DNA from: Xanthobacteraceae bacterium
GTDB lineage: Bacteria > Pseudomonadota > Alphaproteobacteria > Rhizobiales > Xanthobacteraceae
Direction of reading: 5' to 3'
Length of the DNA stretch: 64,000 bases
NCBI GenBank assembly: GCA_036406655.1
Contig: DASXAP010000165.1
Coordinates: 1,365 to 65,364 of the forward strand
Under the pieces are notes generated by a model. That model was not told the DNA's origin, ran no database searches, and worked only from the letters and a program-made list of their open reading frames with translations. Made by a program: the position numbers and the translations under genes. Positions 32,502-42,584 of the stretch are shown piece after piece; the stretch's first letter is position 1, and each line of letters opens with the position of its first letter.

Positions 32502-33947
32502 TCAGCCTTGCGATCGCGCAGCCGTCAGCTGCTCGCGGCGATACCGATCCTGCAGGGTCCTCACAATGGGCGCCATCCGCGAGCCGAGTGAGCCCTTGAT
32601 CATGATCGCATCGCCTCCTTGCACGGCGGACAGAACCTCGGGTTGCAGTTTCGTCGAGCTCTCCGCATAGCCTCCCCTCCGGCTCGAGGGAAGCGCCTCC
32701 CACAGCTCGCGCATGAGCGGGCCGCAGCAGAAAACGAGATCGACGTCATGCACGACCACGGCTTCGGCGAGCTCGCGATGCAGCTCGGCCCCCCGCGCTC
32801 CGAGCTCCAGCATGTCTCCCAGCACGGCGATACGGCGGCCGCGGGCGCCCATCTCGACTTGCCCGAGCAGGGCGAGCGCGGCACGCATCGAGGCGGGATT
32901 GGCGTTATAGCTCTCGTCGATCAGCACCGCTGTGCCCCCACCGACCTCGAGCAGCATGCGGGCGCCGCGCCCGCTCCCCGGCCGCCACCGCGCGAGGGCG
33001 AGCGTGCCCAGCGCCAGATCGGCACCGAGCAGCCCGACCGTCGCGAGGACCGCCAGTGAGTTCATGACCAGATGCCGGCCGGGCGCGCCGAGCTTGTAGG
33101 TGACCTCCGTGCCCATGATGCAGGCTTCCACCGTCGAGCTGTCGGCGAGCAGGGCGCATCTGACGAGTCGCGCATCGGCATCCGCCGCCTCGCCGAAGGA
33201 GACCACACGCGAGATGCCGGCGTCGCGCGCCGCGCCCTCGAGGCGGGCAAACTGTGCATTGTCCCGGTTGAGCACGGCCGATCCGCCGCGCTCGACGCCG
33301 CGGAACATTTCCGCCTTGGCGTCGGCGATCGCCTCGATCGACCCGAAGAACTCGAGATGGACCGGCTCGATCGCGGTGATTATCGCAACATGCGGTCGCA
33401 CCAGACGAGCGAGCGGCTCGATCTCGCCGGCATGGTTCATGCCCAGCTCGAACACTGCATAGCGTGCGCTCGCAGGACAGCGCGCGAGCGACAGCGGCAC
33501 GCCCCAATGGTTGTTGTAGGAGGCAATCGATGCATGCGTCTCCCCGTCCTCCGCGAGCGCCAGCCGCAGCGCCTCCTTGGTGCCGGTCTTGCCGACCGAG
33601 CCGGTGACACCCACGATTCGCGTGCTGGCGCGCGCGCGCGCGGCTCGGGCAAGGTCGCGCAGGCCGTCGAGCACGTTGCCGACCACGAGCAGCGGCGCAT
33701 CGGAGGCATGCTCCGCGCGCCGCTCGGCGGCCACCACCGCCAGGCTCGCACCGGCACTCAATGCCGCGGTGACGAAGTCGTGCCCGTCGCGGCTGTCGCC
33801 CTTTATCGCAAAAAAAGCCTCGCCCGGGGCGATGGTGCGGCTGTCTATCGAGATGCCGCGTATCGCCGGCGACAGCCTGCCGCAGCGCTGCGCGCCCATT
33901 GCCGCCGCCATCGCCTCGATGGTCCAGAGCGGGCGGGCGGCCGTCAT
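32502..33947 (-). CDS. murF: UDP-N-acetylmuramoyl-tripeptide--D-alanyl-D-alanine ligase
   Basis: ISIDSRTIAPGEAFFAIKGDSRDGHDFV, VTGSVGKTGTKE P-loop. Start trimmed to ATG 33947 (MTAARPLW...). Confidence 0.93.
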   Translation of the reverse strand: MTAARPLWTIEAMAAAMGAQRCGRLSPAIRGISIDSRTIAPGEAFFAIKGDSRDGHDFVTAALSAGASLAVVAAERRAEHASDAPLLVVGNVLDGLRDLARAARARASTRIVGVTGSVGKTGTKEALRLALAEDGETHASIASYNNHWGVPLSLARCPASARYAVFELGMNHAGEIEPLARLVRPHVAIITAIEPVHLEFFGSIEAIADAKAEMFRGVERGGSAVLNRDNAQFARLEGAARDAGISRVVSFGEAADADARLVRCALLADSSTVEACIMGTEVTYKLGAPGRHLVMNSLAVLATVGLLGADLALGTLALARWRPGSGRGARMLLEVGGGTAVLIDESYNANPASMRAALALLGQVEMGARGRRIAVLGDMLELGARGAELHRELAEAVVVHDVDLVFCCGPLMRELWEALPSSRRGGYAESSTKLQPEVLSAVQGGDAIMIKGSLGSRMAPIVRTLQDRYRREQLTAARSQG

Positions 33948-34020
33948 GCGCGCCCGCCACAGGGAAACGTGCAGCGGCGAGAGGGGGCGCGGCTCGGGCC
34001 GAAAGATCGTGAAGCCGGCA

Positions 34021-35475
34021 TCAGCGAGCCTTCTCCTCGAGCGCGGCGGCGACCGCCTCGTGGTCGCTGAACGGAAGGACCTGTTTGCCGATGATTTGGC
34101 CGGTTTCATGGCCCTTGCCGGCGATGAGCAGCACGTCCCCGCGGCGCAGCTCCGCCACCGAGGCGCCGATCGCCTCCCGCCGGTCGGCGATCTCGACGGC
34201 GCCCGGCGCTCCCGCCAGGATCGCGGCACGTATCGCCGCTGCCGGCTCGGTGCGCGGATTGTCGTCGGTGACGATGACCCGATCGGCGTTGGCGGCGGCG
34301 ATCGCCCCCATCATCGGCCGCTTGCCGGGATCGCGATCGCCGCCGCAGCCGAACACCACCACGAGCCGACTGGCCGCGTAAGGCCGCAGCGCCTCCAGCG
34401 CCTTGGCGAGCGCATCGGGCTTGTGCGCATAGTCGACGAATATCGGTGCGCCGTTCTTCTCGCCCACGAGCTCGAGACGACCCTTGGCGCCCCTGAGCTG
34501 CGCGAGCACCGAGAGCGCCCGCCCCGGCTCACTTCCCGTGGCGATCGCAAGGCCGGCCGCGACCAGCGCGTTCTCGATCTGAAATGCGCCCGGCAGCGGC
34601 AACCGCAACGTCAAATCCTTGCCGGCGTGGCGGAGGCTCACCACCTGGGCAAATCCGTCGATCGCGACATCCAGGAGCCGAATGCTCTCGCCCCGCCGGC
34701 CGACGGTCAGCAGCCGCAGACCTCGCTGCCGCACCGTGGCAATCACCGCATCGGCATAGTCATGATCGGCGGCGATTACCGCGGCACCGCCCGGCTCGAC
34801 AAGCTCGGCGAACAGCCTGAGCTTGGCTGCGAAGTACGCGTCGAGAGTGGGATGATAGTCGAGGTGATCGCGGCTGAGATTGGTGAAGCCGGCGGCGGCG
34901 ATCCGTACGCCGTCGAGCCGACGCTGCTCGAGCCCGTGCGAGGACGCTTCCATGGCGAGGTGAGTCACCCCTTCGCCGGCGAGAGCTTCGAGAGAGCGAT
35001 GCAGCGCGACCGGATCCGGGGTGGTGAGCGAGCCGTAGGCTTCGCGTCGCGGCGAGACGAGCCCGACGGTACCGATGCTGGCCGCCGGCTCGCCAAGCGC
35101 GGACCAGATCTGACGCGTGAATGCGACAACCGAGGTCTTGCCGCTGGTCCCGGTGACGGCAGCTATGACCCTTGGCTGGCGGGGATGGAATCGGGCTGCC
35201 AGCAGCGCCAGAGCGCGGTGCGCATCGGCAACCCTGACCAAGGCAATGCCGCGCGGAACAGGCGTCGGCGGCCCATGCTCCGCAACGACCGCCACAGCCC
35301 CGGCCGCGACGGCTCGATCGAGGTAGCGCAGCCCATCGTCACGGGTGCCGGCGACCGCCACGAACAGCTCGCCTGGCCTGACCGTGCGGCTGTCGGCACT
35401 GACACCAACGATCTCGAGCGAGGCGAAGCGCGGATCGAAAACGGCACCGTCGGGAAGTGCATCGGGAAGCTTCAT
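34021..35475 (-). CDS. murE: UDP-N-acetylmuramoyl-L-alanyl-D-glutamate--2,6-diaminopimelate ligase
   Basis: VSADSRTVRPGELFVAVAGTRDDG, VTGTSGKTS P-loop, and the DNPR motif (VTDDNPRTE) diagnostic of meso-DAP-adding MurE. Confidence 0.95.
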   Translation of the reverse strand: MKLPDALPDGAVFDPRFASLEIVGVSADSRTVRPGELFVAVAGTRDDGLRYLDRAVAAGAVAVVAEHGPPTPVPRGIALVRVADAHRALALLAARFHPRQPRVIAAVTGTSGKTSVVAFTRQIWSALGEPAASIGTVGLVSPRREAYGSLTTPDPVALHRSLEALAGEGVTHLAMEASSHGLEQRRLDGVRIAAAGFTNLSRDHLDYHPTLDAYFAAKLRLFAELVEPGGAAVIAADHDYADAVIATVRQRGLRLLTVGRRGESIRLLDVAIDGFAQVVSLRHAGKDLTLRLPLPGAFQIENALVAAGLAIATGSEPGRALSVLAQLRGAKGRLELVGEKNGAPIFVDYAHKPDALAKALEALRPYAASRLVVVFGCGGDRDPGKRPMMGAIAAANADRVIVTDDNPRTEPAAAIRAAILAGAPGAVEIADRREAIGASVAELRRGDVLLIAGKGHETGQIIGKQVLPFSDHEAVAAALEEKAR

Positions 35476-35759
35476 GGCGTGTCGGTGATCATTGCGTCAA
35501 TATCCCGCCGTGCGGCCGATGCTCGACCTCATCGCGGTGGCGACCTTCGATCGTGCCGGCAATCAACCGTCTGGAGCTGTGGGTTGAGCCCGAACAAACG
35601 ATGCGCTTCCGCGTTATGAGACGAAGCTTGAGCGGGGTCAAAGCTACCGCAGCATTGGATCGAGGAGAACGCGTTGGCTGCCGTGTTGAATGCGTCCGCC
35701 CGGCGCGCGTCGGCTCCCGAACCGCAGGGTTGCTCAACCTTGACCGTCGGAGCGGCCGA

Positions 35760-36935
35760 ATGACGGAGTATCCGTTCGGCATAGAGGAAGAATATTTTCT
35801 CGTCGATCAGCGGACCGGCGGGGTCAAGACGAAGCTCTCCCGCGCCTTCATGACGGCAGCACGAGCCCGATTGCGCGGTCAGCTGATGGCGGAGCTGCTT
35901 CAGTCGCAAATCGAGGTCGCGACCGAGCCCCTCGGCTGTCCCGCCGCCGCGAGAGAGCAATTGCAATTGTTTCGCAAGGTGCTTGCCGAGGTGGGCCGCG
36001 AGCATCGGATCGGCATTCTCGCCGCCGGCACGCATCCTTTGGCTCGGCCGCAACAACACAGGACAACCCGCAAGCGGCGCTACACCAAGGTGATCGACGA
36101 GCTGGGGATGGTCGGCCTGAACAGCGCCATCTGCGGCCTGCATGTGCATGTCGAGGTGCCCGATCCCGACAAGCGGGTGGAGATCATGCATCGCATGGTC
36201 CCCTTCCTGCCGATTCTGCTCGCGCTCAGCACCTCCTCCCCGTTCTGGGCGGGCACGGAGACCGGCCTTCTCGGGTATCGCAATGCGCTCAACGATGCGT
36301 TCCCCCGCTCCGGATTCCCGGAGATGTTCCGCTCCCTCGCCGAGTACGAGGAGTATGTCGGAGCCCTCGTCGGAAGCAGGATCATCGCCGATGCGACCTA
36401 CATCTGGTGGGCGCTGCGCCCCTCCCTGCGACATCCCACCCTCGAGCTCAGGCTCACCGATTCCTGCACCTGCGTCGATCATGCCGTGGCGATCGCGGGG
36501 CTTTATCGGGCACTGGTCAGGCACCTCGTCAACCATCCGGAGGTGAACGCCAGCTATTCGGCCCTCGTACGCGGGCTCACCGAGGAGAATCGCTGGCGGG
36601 CGCAGCGCTATGGAACGGACGGCACCTATGTCGACACGCGCACCATGGCGCCGAAGCACTTTTCCGTTCTGCTCGAGGAGACCATCTCTCTCGTTCGGGA
36701 GGATCTGCTTTCACTCGGGCTCGCGGAGGAGATCCCGCATCTTGCCGATATCAGGGCGCAGGGGACCTCGGCGCACCGGCAGCTGCAGTTTTTCCGCGCG
36801 CGACGCCAGCAGGGCAAATCGCGAACGGCAGCGTTCAGGTCCCTGGTCCGCTGGCTGTGCGCCTCGACCGAAGCCGGCCGTTTCATCGAGGAGGACCCGC
36901 ACCGGAACAGCTCGCGCGACAGGGAGGCTGCCTGA
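35760..36935 (+). CDS. Carboxylate-amine ligase, GCS2 / YbdK family (glutamate-cysteine ligase family 2)
   Basis: [16 protein letters not shown]... and ..[16 protein letters not shown].. are signatures of the YbdK/GCS2 family. Start trimmed to ATG 35760 within ORF 35457..36935. It lies on the opposite strand to the surrounding dcw genes. Confidence 0.85.
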   Translation: MTEYPFGIEEEYFLVDQRTGGVKTKLSRAFMTAARARLRGQLMAELLQSQIEVATEPLGCPAAAREQLQLFRKVLAEVGREHRIGILAAGTHPLARPQQHRTTRKRRYTKVIDELGMVGLNSAICGLHVHVEVPDPDKRVEIMHRMVPFLPILLALSTSSPFWAGTETGLLGYRNALNDAFPRSGFPEMFRSLAEYEEYVGALVGSRIIADATYIWWALRPSLRHPTLELRLTDSCTCVDHAVAIAGLYRALVRHLVNHPEVNASYSALVRGLTEENRWRAQRYGTDGTYVDTRTMAPKHFSVLLEETISLVREDLLSLGLAEEIPHLADIRAQGTSAHRQLQFFRARRQQGKSRTAAFRSLVRWLCASTEAGRFIEEDPHRNSSRDREAA

Positions 36936-36963
36936 GGCCGTCGCCGACCCCGATCCGGGATGA

Positions 36964-38712
36964 CTACCGTGCGCCGGCGCTCGCCAGGATGAGCTTGTCG
37001 GCGGCGGGGAGATCGAACCGCGGCTCGAGCCCGAGCAGCGGCGCTATTCGCGCGACCACGCTGCCGCCCACCGGCACCGCGTTCCAGCCCGAAGTGGCAT
37101 AGCCGTGCGTCTCCGGCAGCGGTTGCGGCTCATCGAGCATTATCAGGAGCGCGTAACGCGGCGCATCGGCGGGCAGCACCGCGGTGAAGACGGTGAGCAC
37201 CTTGGTCTTTGAATAGCGGCCGCCCACTACCTTCTCGGATGTGCCGGTCTTGCCGCCGACATAGTAGCCCGCGACCTCGGCCTTGGTTGCCGTGCCCTTC
37301 TCGACGTTCAGCCGCATCAGATAACGCATCTGCTCGCTGGTCTCGGGCTTGATCACCCGCTTGGCAAGCGCCATCGCCTCGGCCTCACCGCGCTTGAGGA
37401 AGGTCGGCGGAATGAGATGGCCGCCGTTGACCAGGGCGCCGACGGCCATCATCGCCTGCAACGGCGCAACCGAAAGGCCGTGGCCGAACGCGATGGTCAC
37501 GGTGTTGAGCTCCACCCACCGCTTGGGCACCAGCGGCTCAGCGCTCTCCGGCAGCTCGGTGCGCAACCTGTCGAGCTGGCCCAATTTCTTCAGGAACGCC
37601 TTGTGGTAGTCGACGCCGAGGCTCACCGCCATCCGCGCGGTGCCGATGTTCGAGGAGTAGGTGAAGATCTCGGGCACGGTCAGGATGCGCGCCTGAGGGT
37701 GGAAGTCATGGATGGTGAACTTGCCGTACTGCAGGGGGGCACGCGCGTCGAAGGAGGATTTCAGGGTGACCTTGCCGGAGTCGAGCGCCATCGCAATGGT
37801 GAGCGCCTTGAAGGTGGACCCCATCTCGAAGACCCCGGTGGTGAGCCGATTGATCCGGTTGGCATCGAGGGCTTCGCGCGGGTTGTTCGGGTCATAGTCG
37901 GGCACCGAGACCATGGCGACCACTTCCCCGGTATGCACATCGGTGACGAGACCGGCAGCGGCAATGGCCTTGAACCTGGCGCGCGCGGCAACGAGCTCCT
38001 CGCGCAGCGCGTGCTGGACCCCGAGATCGACGGCAAGCTCGATCGGCCGCTGCATCCGGTCACTGGCGAGGCCGGCCAGATGCAGATCGGCAAGGCCGTG
38101 TCCGTCGAGCCATTTCTCGATCCCGGCAATGCCCTGATTGTCGACATTGACGTGCCCGATGAGATGCGAGATTTCGGCGCCGTTGGGATAGACGCGCTTG
38201 TTCTCGGGCAGGAAGCCGATGCCGGGCAGGCCGAGCCGATAGATCTGCTCGCGCTGTGCCGGCGTGATCTCCCGGCGCAGCCAGACGAAGCGGCGTTTGG
38301 AGGCGAGCCGCTCGCGCAGCTCGGCAGCATCGGCATCTGTCATCACCGCGCTGAGGAGCTCGGAGGCTTCATCCACGTCAATGATCCGCTGCGGCTCCGC
38401 GAACAGCGACGGCACACGCACGTCGGTGGCGAGGATCTCTCCGTTGCGATCGAGGATATCCGGACGAGCCGTGGCGACCGCATCATGCGCGCCGGCCCGA
38501 TGCCAGGGGTGACCTTCGGACGCGGTCGCAAGCATCACCAGCCGCCCGGCGATGACCCCATAGCCGACGGCGCAGATCAGCGCGGCGAGGGTGATGCGCG
38601 CCTTGGCCTTGGCCGCACGATCCACATCGCGGCCGTAGAGCAGCGTATGCAGGAGGCGCCGCCGGCGCGGCTTGGGCGAATGCTCGCGGCCTGGATCAAC
38701 GGCTGTCTGCAC
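36964..38712 (-). CDS. ftsI: Peptidoglycan D,D-transpeptidase FtsI (PBP3)
   Basis: N-terminal TM anchor, STFK active-site motif (MGSTFKALT), SSN (YSSNIG) and KTGT (GGKTGTSE). GTG 38712 is preferred because AGGAGG lies 8 nt upstream. GTG 38721, which overlaps the ftsL stop, is the alternative. Confidence 0.93.
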   Translation of the reverse strand: MQTAVDPGREHSPKPRRRRLLHTLLYGRDVDRAAKAKARITLAALICAVGYGVIAGRLVMLATASEGHPWHRAGAHDAVATARPDILDRNGEILATDVRVPSLFAEPQRIIDVDEASELLSAVMTDADAAELRERLASKRRFVWLRREITPAQREQIYRLGLPGIGFLPENKRVYPNGAEISHLIGHVNVDNQGIAGIEKWLDGHGLADLHLAGLASDRMQRPIELAVDLGVQHALREELVAARARFKAIAAAGLVTDVHTGEVVAMVSVPDYDPNNPREALDANRINRLTTGVFEMGSTFKALTIAMALDSGKVTLKSSFDARAPLQYGKFTIHDFHPQARILTVPEIFTYSSNIGTARMAVSLGVDYHKAFLKKLGQLDRLRTELPESAEPLVPKRWVELNTVTIAFGHGLSVAPLQAMMAVGALVNGGHLIPPTFLKRGEAEAMALAKRVIKPETSEQMRYLMRLNVEKGTATKAEVAGYYVGGKTGTSEKVVGGRYSKTKVLTVFTAVLPADAPRYALLIMLDEPQPLPETHGYATSGWNAVPVGGSVVARIAPLLGLEPRFDLPAADKLILASAGAR

Positions 38713-38717
38713 GGCAT

Positions 38718-39101
38718 TCACCTCCTGGCGGGCGGCAAGCTGCCGGTCGCAGCACGCTCGATCAGCGCCGGGTCAGCGATCACCACGCCGATCGGATCCG
38801 GCTCGTCCGCGGGCACGACCTCGGACGGCCGCTCCGGCAAGCTGTCGAGGCGATCGAATTGCCGCGCGTCCACCGGCTTCAGCATCAGATGGCGCCGCGT
38901 CAATCCTTCAATTCGAGGCGGAGCATCGAGCCTGGCCCATTCCGCGCGCAAGGCAGCGATCGCCTCCTGCTCGCGGAGGATGTCCATGCGCAGCTTGACC
39001 AGGTGCTGCGCCTGGCTGATCGAATCGAACTTGATCTTGTAGACAGCGGCGGCCGCCAGCACGAGCGCGGCGATCACCAGAACGTTGACGAGGCGCATCA
39101 C
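38718..39101 (-). CDS. ftsL: Cell division protein FtsL (alphaproteobacterial type)
   Basis: 127 aa: short N-terminus, a single TM ([18 protein letters not shown]), a coiled-coil segment, and the conserved slot between rsmH and ftsI. The start overlaps the rsmH stop (GTGATG). Confidence 0.75.
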   Translation of the reverse strand: MMRLVNVLVIAALVLAAAAVYKIKFDSISQAQHLVKLRMDILREQEAIAALRAEWARLDAPPRIEGLTRRHLMLKPVDARQFDRLDSLPERPSEVVPADEPDPIGVVIADPALIERAATGSLPPARR

Positions 39102-40174
39102 CGCCCGACCCTCGGTGCTCGAGGTTCGGAGCGGGCGCTTGCGACGATCTCGCCCGGCGATGGCAGCCTCGGCAGCAGGCTCGAAACCCGATTTGCCGCG
39201 GGGGGCGGCGACGCTTCGCTACGCTCGGCGGCGCGGAGCCGGGCCGAGCGCGCGCGGGGGTTGGCAGCGATTTCGGCCTCGTCCGGAGTGACCGGCCGCC
39301 TGGTCAGGACGCGGAATGTCGCCGCCGGAGGGGCAGGTTCCGGCCGATGGCGGGACGGAGCCTGCCGCGGGTCGCGCCCGGCGAGGAAGCTCTTCACCAT
39401 GCGGTCTTCCAGCGAATGGAAAGCGACGACGACCAGTCGCCCGCCCCGCTTGAGCAATCGCTCGGCCGCGGCCAGCCCCGCCGCGAGCTCGCTGAGCTCC
39501 TCGTTGACGAAGATCCGCAAGGCCTGAAACGTCCGCGTGGCCGGATGAATGGCGCCGGGCCGCGCGCGGACGACGCGGGTGACGATGTCAGCGAGCGCCC
39601 GCGTGCTGCGTATCGGGGCGTTCCGACGCGCGGCGACCAGCGCCCGTGCGACGGCACGCGCATGGTGCTCCTCACCCAGCATGCGGATGATGGCGGTCAG
39701 ATCCTGCTCGGACGCGTGCGCGACGACATCGGCCGCGGACGGTCCCTCGCCGCCCATGCGCATGTCGAGGGGAGCATCGTGGCGGAAGGAAAAACCCCGT
39801 TCGGCATCGTCGAGCTGCATCGAGGAGACGCCGAGATCGAAGACGATCCCTTCCACTTCGAGTCCCTGGCCGCAGCGTTCGGCGACCGCCTGCAGGTTGG
39901 AGAAGCGATCCTCGACGAGGATGAGCCGATCGCCCGCGGCTTGCGCGAGCTCGGCCCCGAGCGCGATCGCCCGTACGTCGCGGTCGATGCCGATGACCCG
40001 GCACTCGGCCCGATCCAGGATGGCGCGGGTATAGCCCCCAGCACCGAATGTCGCATCGATATAGAGGCCGCCGGGGCGAACGTTGAGGAGCTCGATCGCG
40101 GGGCGGGCGAGCACGGGAATGTGACGAACCAGTCCGCCAGCGACAGCGCCCGCGCTGTCGCGGCTCGCCGTCAT
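39098..40174 (-). CDS. rsmH: 16S rRNA (cytosine1402-N4)-methyltransferase
   Basis: [13 protein letters not shown]...[16 protein letters not shown]...[10 protein letters not shown]...[11 protein letters not shown] are RsmH/MraW motifs. ATG 40174 overlaps the mraZ stop (ATGA). The 558-aa ORF in the track over-extends across mraZ. Confidence 0.95.
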   Translation of the reverse strand: MTASRDSAGAVAGGLVRHIPVLARPAIELLNVRPGGLYIDATFGAGGYTRAILDRAECRVIGIDRDVRAIALGAELAQAAGDRLILVEDRFSNLQAVAERCGQGLEVEGIVFDLGVSSMQLDDAERGFSFRHDAPLDMRMGGEGPSAADVVAHASEQDLTAIIRMLGEEHHARAVARALVAARRNAPIRSTRALADIVTRVVRARPGAIHPATRTFQALRIFVNEELSELAAGLAAAERLLKRGGRLVVVAFHSLEDRMVKSFLAGRDPRQAPSRHRPEPAPPAATFRVLTRRPVTPDEAEIAANPRARSARLRAAERSEASPPPAANRVSSLLPRLPSPGEIVASARSEPRAPRVGR

Positions 40175-40650
40175 TCCCGTGCTCCATGCGGACCTTCCGC
40201 CGCCACCCGGGAGCCGAGCTGCTTCTTCAGTGCGCGAACCTTCTCGGTGGCCTCCGCGAGTTCCGCGCGGAAGCGCCCGGGCTCCCAGATCTGAAACTTG
40301 TGCCCCAGCCCGGCGAAGGCGACCTCGTCGCGCACACCGGCGTGGTTCTTCAGCGGCTCGGTGAGAATCGCTCGTCCCTCGCCGTCTATTTTCAAGACTT
40401 CGCTGGTGCCGTAGAGCGCCGCGGCGAGCTGCTCGCGCTCCTCCGAATAGGGAGGGAAACGCGCAATCAAAGCCTCGATCTCCCTGAGCAAGGCGTTGCC
40501 GCCTGCGTCGAGGGCCGGGCGGTCCACCGTCGGATAGCAGTAGAGACCGTCGAAGCCGTCGCGCGCCAGAACCGCGCGGAATGGAGCCGGGATCGAGACG
40601 CGGCCTTTTGCGTCCAGTCGCAACGTGTAATGGGACACGAAGCGGTCCAT
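40171..40650 (-). CDS. mraZ: Transcriptional regulator MraZ
   Basis: [25 protein letters not shown], with a second SpoVT/AbrB-like repeat ([15 protein letters not shown]). 159 aa, first gene of the dcw cluster. Confidence 0.95.
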   Translation of the reverse strand: MDRFVSHYTLRLDAKGRVSIPAPFRAVLARDGFDGLYCYPTVDRPALDAGGNALLREIEALIARFPPYSEEREQLAAALYGTSEVLKIDGEGRAILTEPLKNHAGVRDEVAFAGLGHKFQIWEPGRFRAELAEATEKVRALKKQLGSRVAAEGPHGARE

Positions 40651-40753
40651 GGCATCCGTGATCGAGGCCGCACGGCTGCGCTGGCAGCCCGGCCCCCGCC
40701 ACTGCGACTAAGCTGATGGGCAGAAGCGTGCGGCCGCAGCCAGCGGGCCCTTT

Positions 40754-40788
40754 TGGGAATATATGGGCTAGCATGGGAATGTCTGGGC
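40754..40788 (-). promoter_or_regulatory. Putative MraZ operator: four direct TGGGN repeats at exact 10-bp phasing, upstream of mraZ
   Basis: On the plus strand: TGGGA 40754-58, TGGGC 40764-68, TGGGA 40774-78, TGGGC 40784-88. They lie 104-138 nt upstream of the mraZ ATG and read NCCCA on the mraZ-sense strand. A TTGACG hexamer on the minus strand abuts at 40791-96. Confidence 0.55.
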
Positions 40789-41192
40789 GTCAATGTTCGG
40801 CTTTGACCGCGCCGCAGCCAAGCCCGTTGGAATTTCAATTCGTTATTAAGGCGAGGCAGGCTTAAAGAATGGTTGAGCATGCGGCTCGCCTGTCGGTCGT
40901 CGAATACCTGCAAGTCGTCGGGCTTCCGGAACGGCTGGGCCAAGGTTATCGGGGCAAGGTGCTCGGCGGTGGATCCCGCGGAGGCTCCGTGCGGATTGTT
41001 GGCAGGCAGCGTGCCGCTACCCCCTAAAAACTGAGGCGGCACAGCAACAGCGTATCGGAATTCACGCCTGCGGCGGCGAACACGGCGCCGGCGCTTGTAT
41101 TGGCGCAGGCTTTCTGCTCAACCTCCATATTGAGCCGCGCCGAGCTGTGCTGCGTACGTGCCGTCGGCCCCCGCAAGCGCTTGGTGCTGCCC

Positions 41193-41990
41193 ATGCTCAC
41201 GGTTGCGTCAGAGTTGCGCCCCGACTCGTGCCTGGTCGCCGCGGTGAGGCCGTCGCCCAACCATAATGAGCGAAGCAACGGCCGCCGGCCGGATATGCTC
41301 TTGCTGCACTACACCGGCATGCAAGACGACGAGGCCGCGATCAGGCAGCTGTGCAGTCCCTTGGGCGAAGTCTCCGCTCATTATGTGGTGCTGCCGGACG
41401 GCTACGTCCTGCAGCTGGTGGCCGAAGCGCGACGTGCCTGGCATGCCGGGGCTTCCGCCTGGGCGGACGACACCGACATCAACTCGTGCTCGATCGGGAT
41501 CGAGATCGCCAATCCCGGCCACGACCATGGCTATCCCGACTTTCCCAAGCGACAGATCGCAGCAGTGACGGCGCTGTGCCGCAGCATCCTCAGGCGGCAC
41601 CGGATTCCCGCCAATCGTGTGCTCGCCCATTCCGACGTAGCGCCCTCCCGCAAGCAGGATCCGGGCGAGAAGTTTCCCTGGAAGCTGCTTGCCGATTCCG
41701 GAATCGGCCTCTGGGTCAAGCCGGCTCCGATAGTGGCGGGGCCGATCTTCGTGCTCGGTGATTCCGGTCCAGCCGTCGAAGAGATGCAGACGCTGCTAGC
41801 TCGCTATGGTTACGCGGTGACCCAAACCGGCTCTCTCGACAGCACGACCCGGGATGCCGTTGCTGCCTTCCAGCGCCACTATCGCCCGGGCCGGGTTGAT
41901 GGCGTTCTGGACAGATCGAGCGCAGAGACATTGAAGCTGTTGCTCGACGCGCGTGATCGCCGCGCGACCTCGCTCCAGCCGAGTGAATAG
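41193..41990 (+). CDS. N-acetylmuramoyl-L-alanine amidase (AmpD/AmiD, amidase_2 family) with C-terminal peptidoglycan-binding domain
   Basis: SPNHNER...LLLHYTGM...SAHYVV..DG...RAWHAGAS.W....INSCSIGIEI.N.GH... is the amidase_2 Zn-ligand pattern. The C-terminal EEMQTLLARYGYAV....D..T..AV.AFQRHY is PG_binding_1-like. The start could also be 41100. Confidence 0.85.
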   Translation: MLTVASELRPDSCLVAAVRPSPNHNERSNGRRPDMLLLHYTGMQDDEAAIRQLCSPLGEVSAHYVVLPDGYVLQLVAEARRAWHAGASAWADDTDINSCSIGIEIANPGHDHGYPDFPKRQIAAVTALCRSILRRHRIPANRVLAHSDVAPSRKQDPGEKFPWKLLADSGIGLWVKPAPIVAGPIFVLGDSGPAVEEMQTLLARYGYAVTQTGSLDSTTRDAVAAFQRHYRPGRVDGVLDRSSAETLKLLLDARDRRATSLQPSE

Positions 41991-42088
41991 CGGGCTTTAG
42001 CGCGAGCTGACGCGCCACATGGATCGTTGTTGAGGACCATCGGCGCGGGGGCTTGACGTCGGACGCTTCAGCCCCCATCCCTTATTTG

Positions 42089-42534
42089 TCAGTCGGCCGG
42101 ATGGCCGCTCGGGCCAACGGCCGAAAGGCCGGCCGCGAGAGGAAAGTCCGGACTCCACGGACGTGCGGTGCCGGATAACGTCCGGCGGGCCTCAAGCCCA
42201 GGGAAAGTGCCACAGAGAACAGACCGCCGCTTCCAGTCACGATCTCGCCCGCCCTGCGGGAAGGTCGAGCGGGAGCGGCAAGGGTGAAACGGTGCGGTAC
42301 GAGCGCACCGCGCCGGCGGCAACGCAAGCGGCACGGCAAACCCCACCGGGAGCAAGACCGAATAGGGACGGCGTGGCCGCGCCCCGCCTCCGCGGGGCAG
42401 GCCAGGATCGATGTCCGGATCCAGCCGTCCGGGTAGGTTGCTAGAGGCGTCGGGCAACCGGCGTCGCAGAGGAATGGCCGTCACGCGGGGATGCAAGTCC
42501 CCGCCCTACAGAACCCGGCTTACAGGCCGGCTGA
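42089..42534 (+). ncRNA. rnpB: RNase P RNA, bacterial type A
   Basis: GAGAGGAAAGUCCGGACUCCA (P4 5' strand), AAGUGCCACAGAGAAC, GCAAGGGUGAAACGGUGCGGUACGAGCGCACC and the P4 3' strand CUACAGAACCCGGCUUAC. Terminal P1 pairs UCAGUCGGCC (42089-98) with GGCCGGCUGA (42525-34). Ends are +/-5 nt. Confidence 0.88.
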
Positions 42535-42584
42535 TGTTCAAGGGGGCTCGACGGAACACCCGTCGGGCCCCCGCCAATCAGGGC

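Noticed and set aside
40830-40870. TTAA-rich AT patch upstream of the mraZ operator (TTAAGGCGAGGCAGGCTTAAAG)
   Set aside because: The spacing between the TTAA motifs is 12 nt, not the 7 nt needed for a CtrA box. I recognised no other defined motif.
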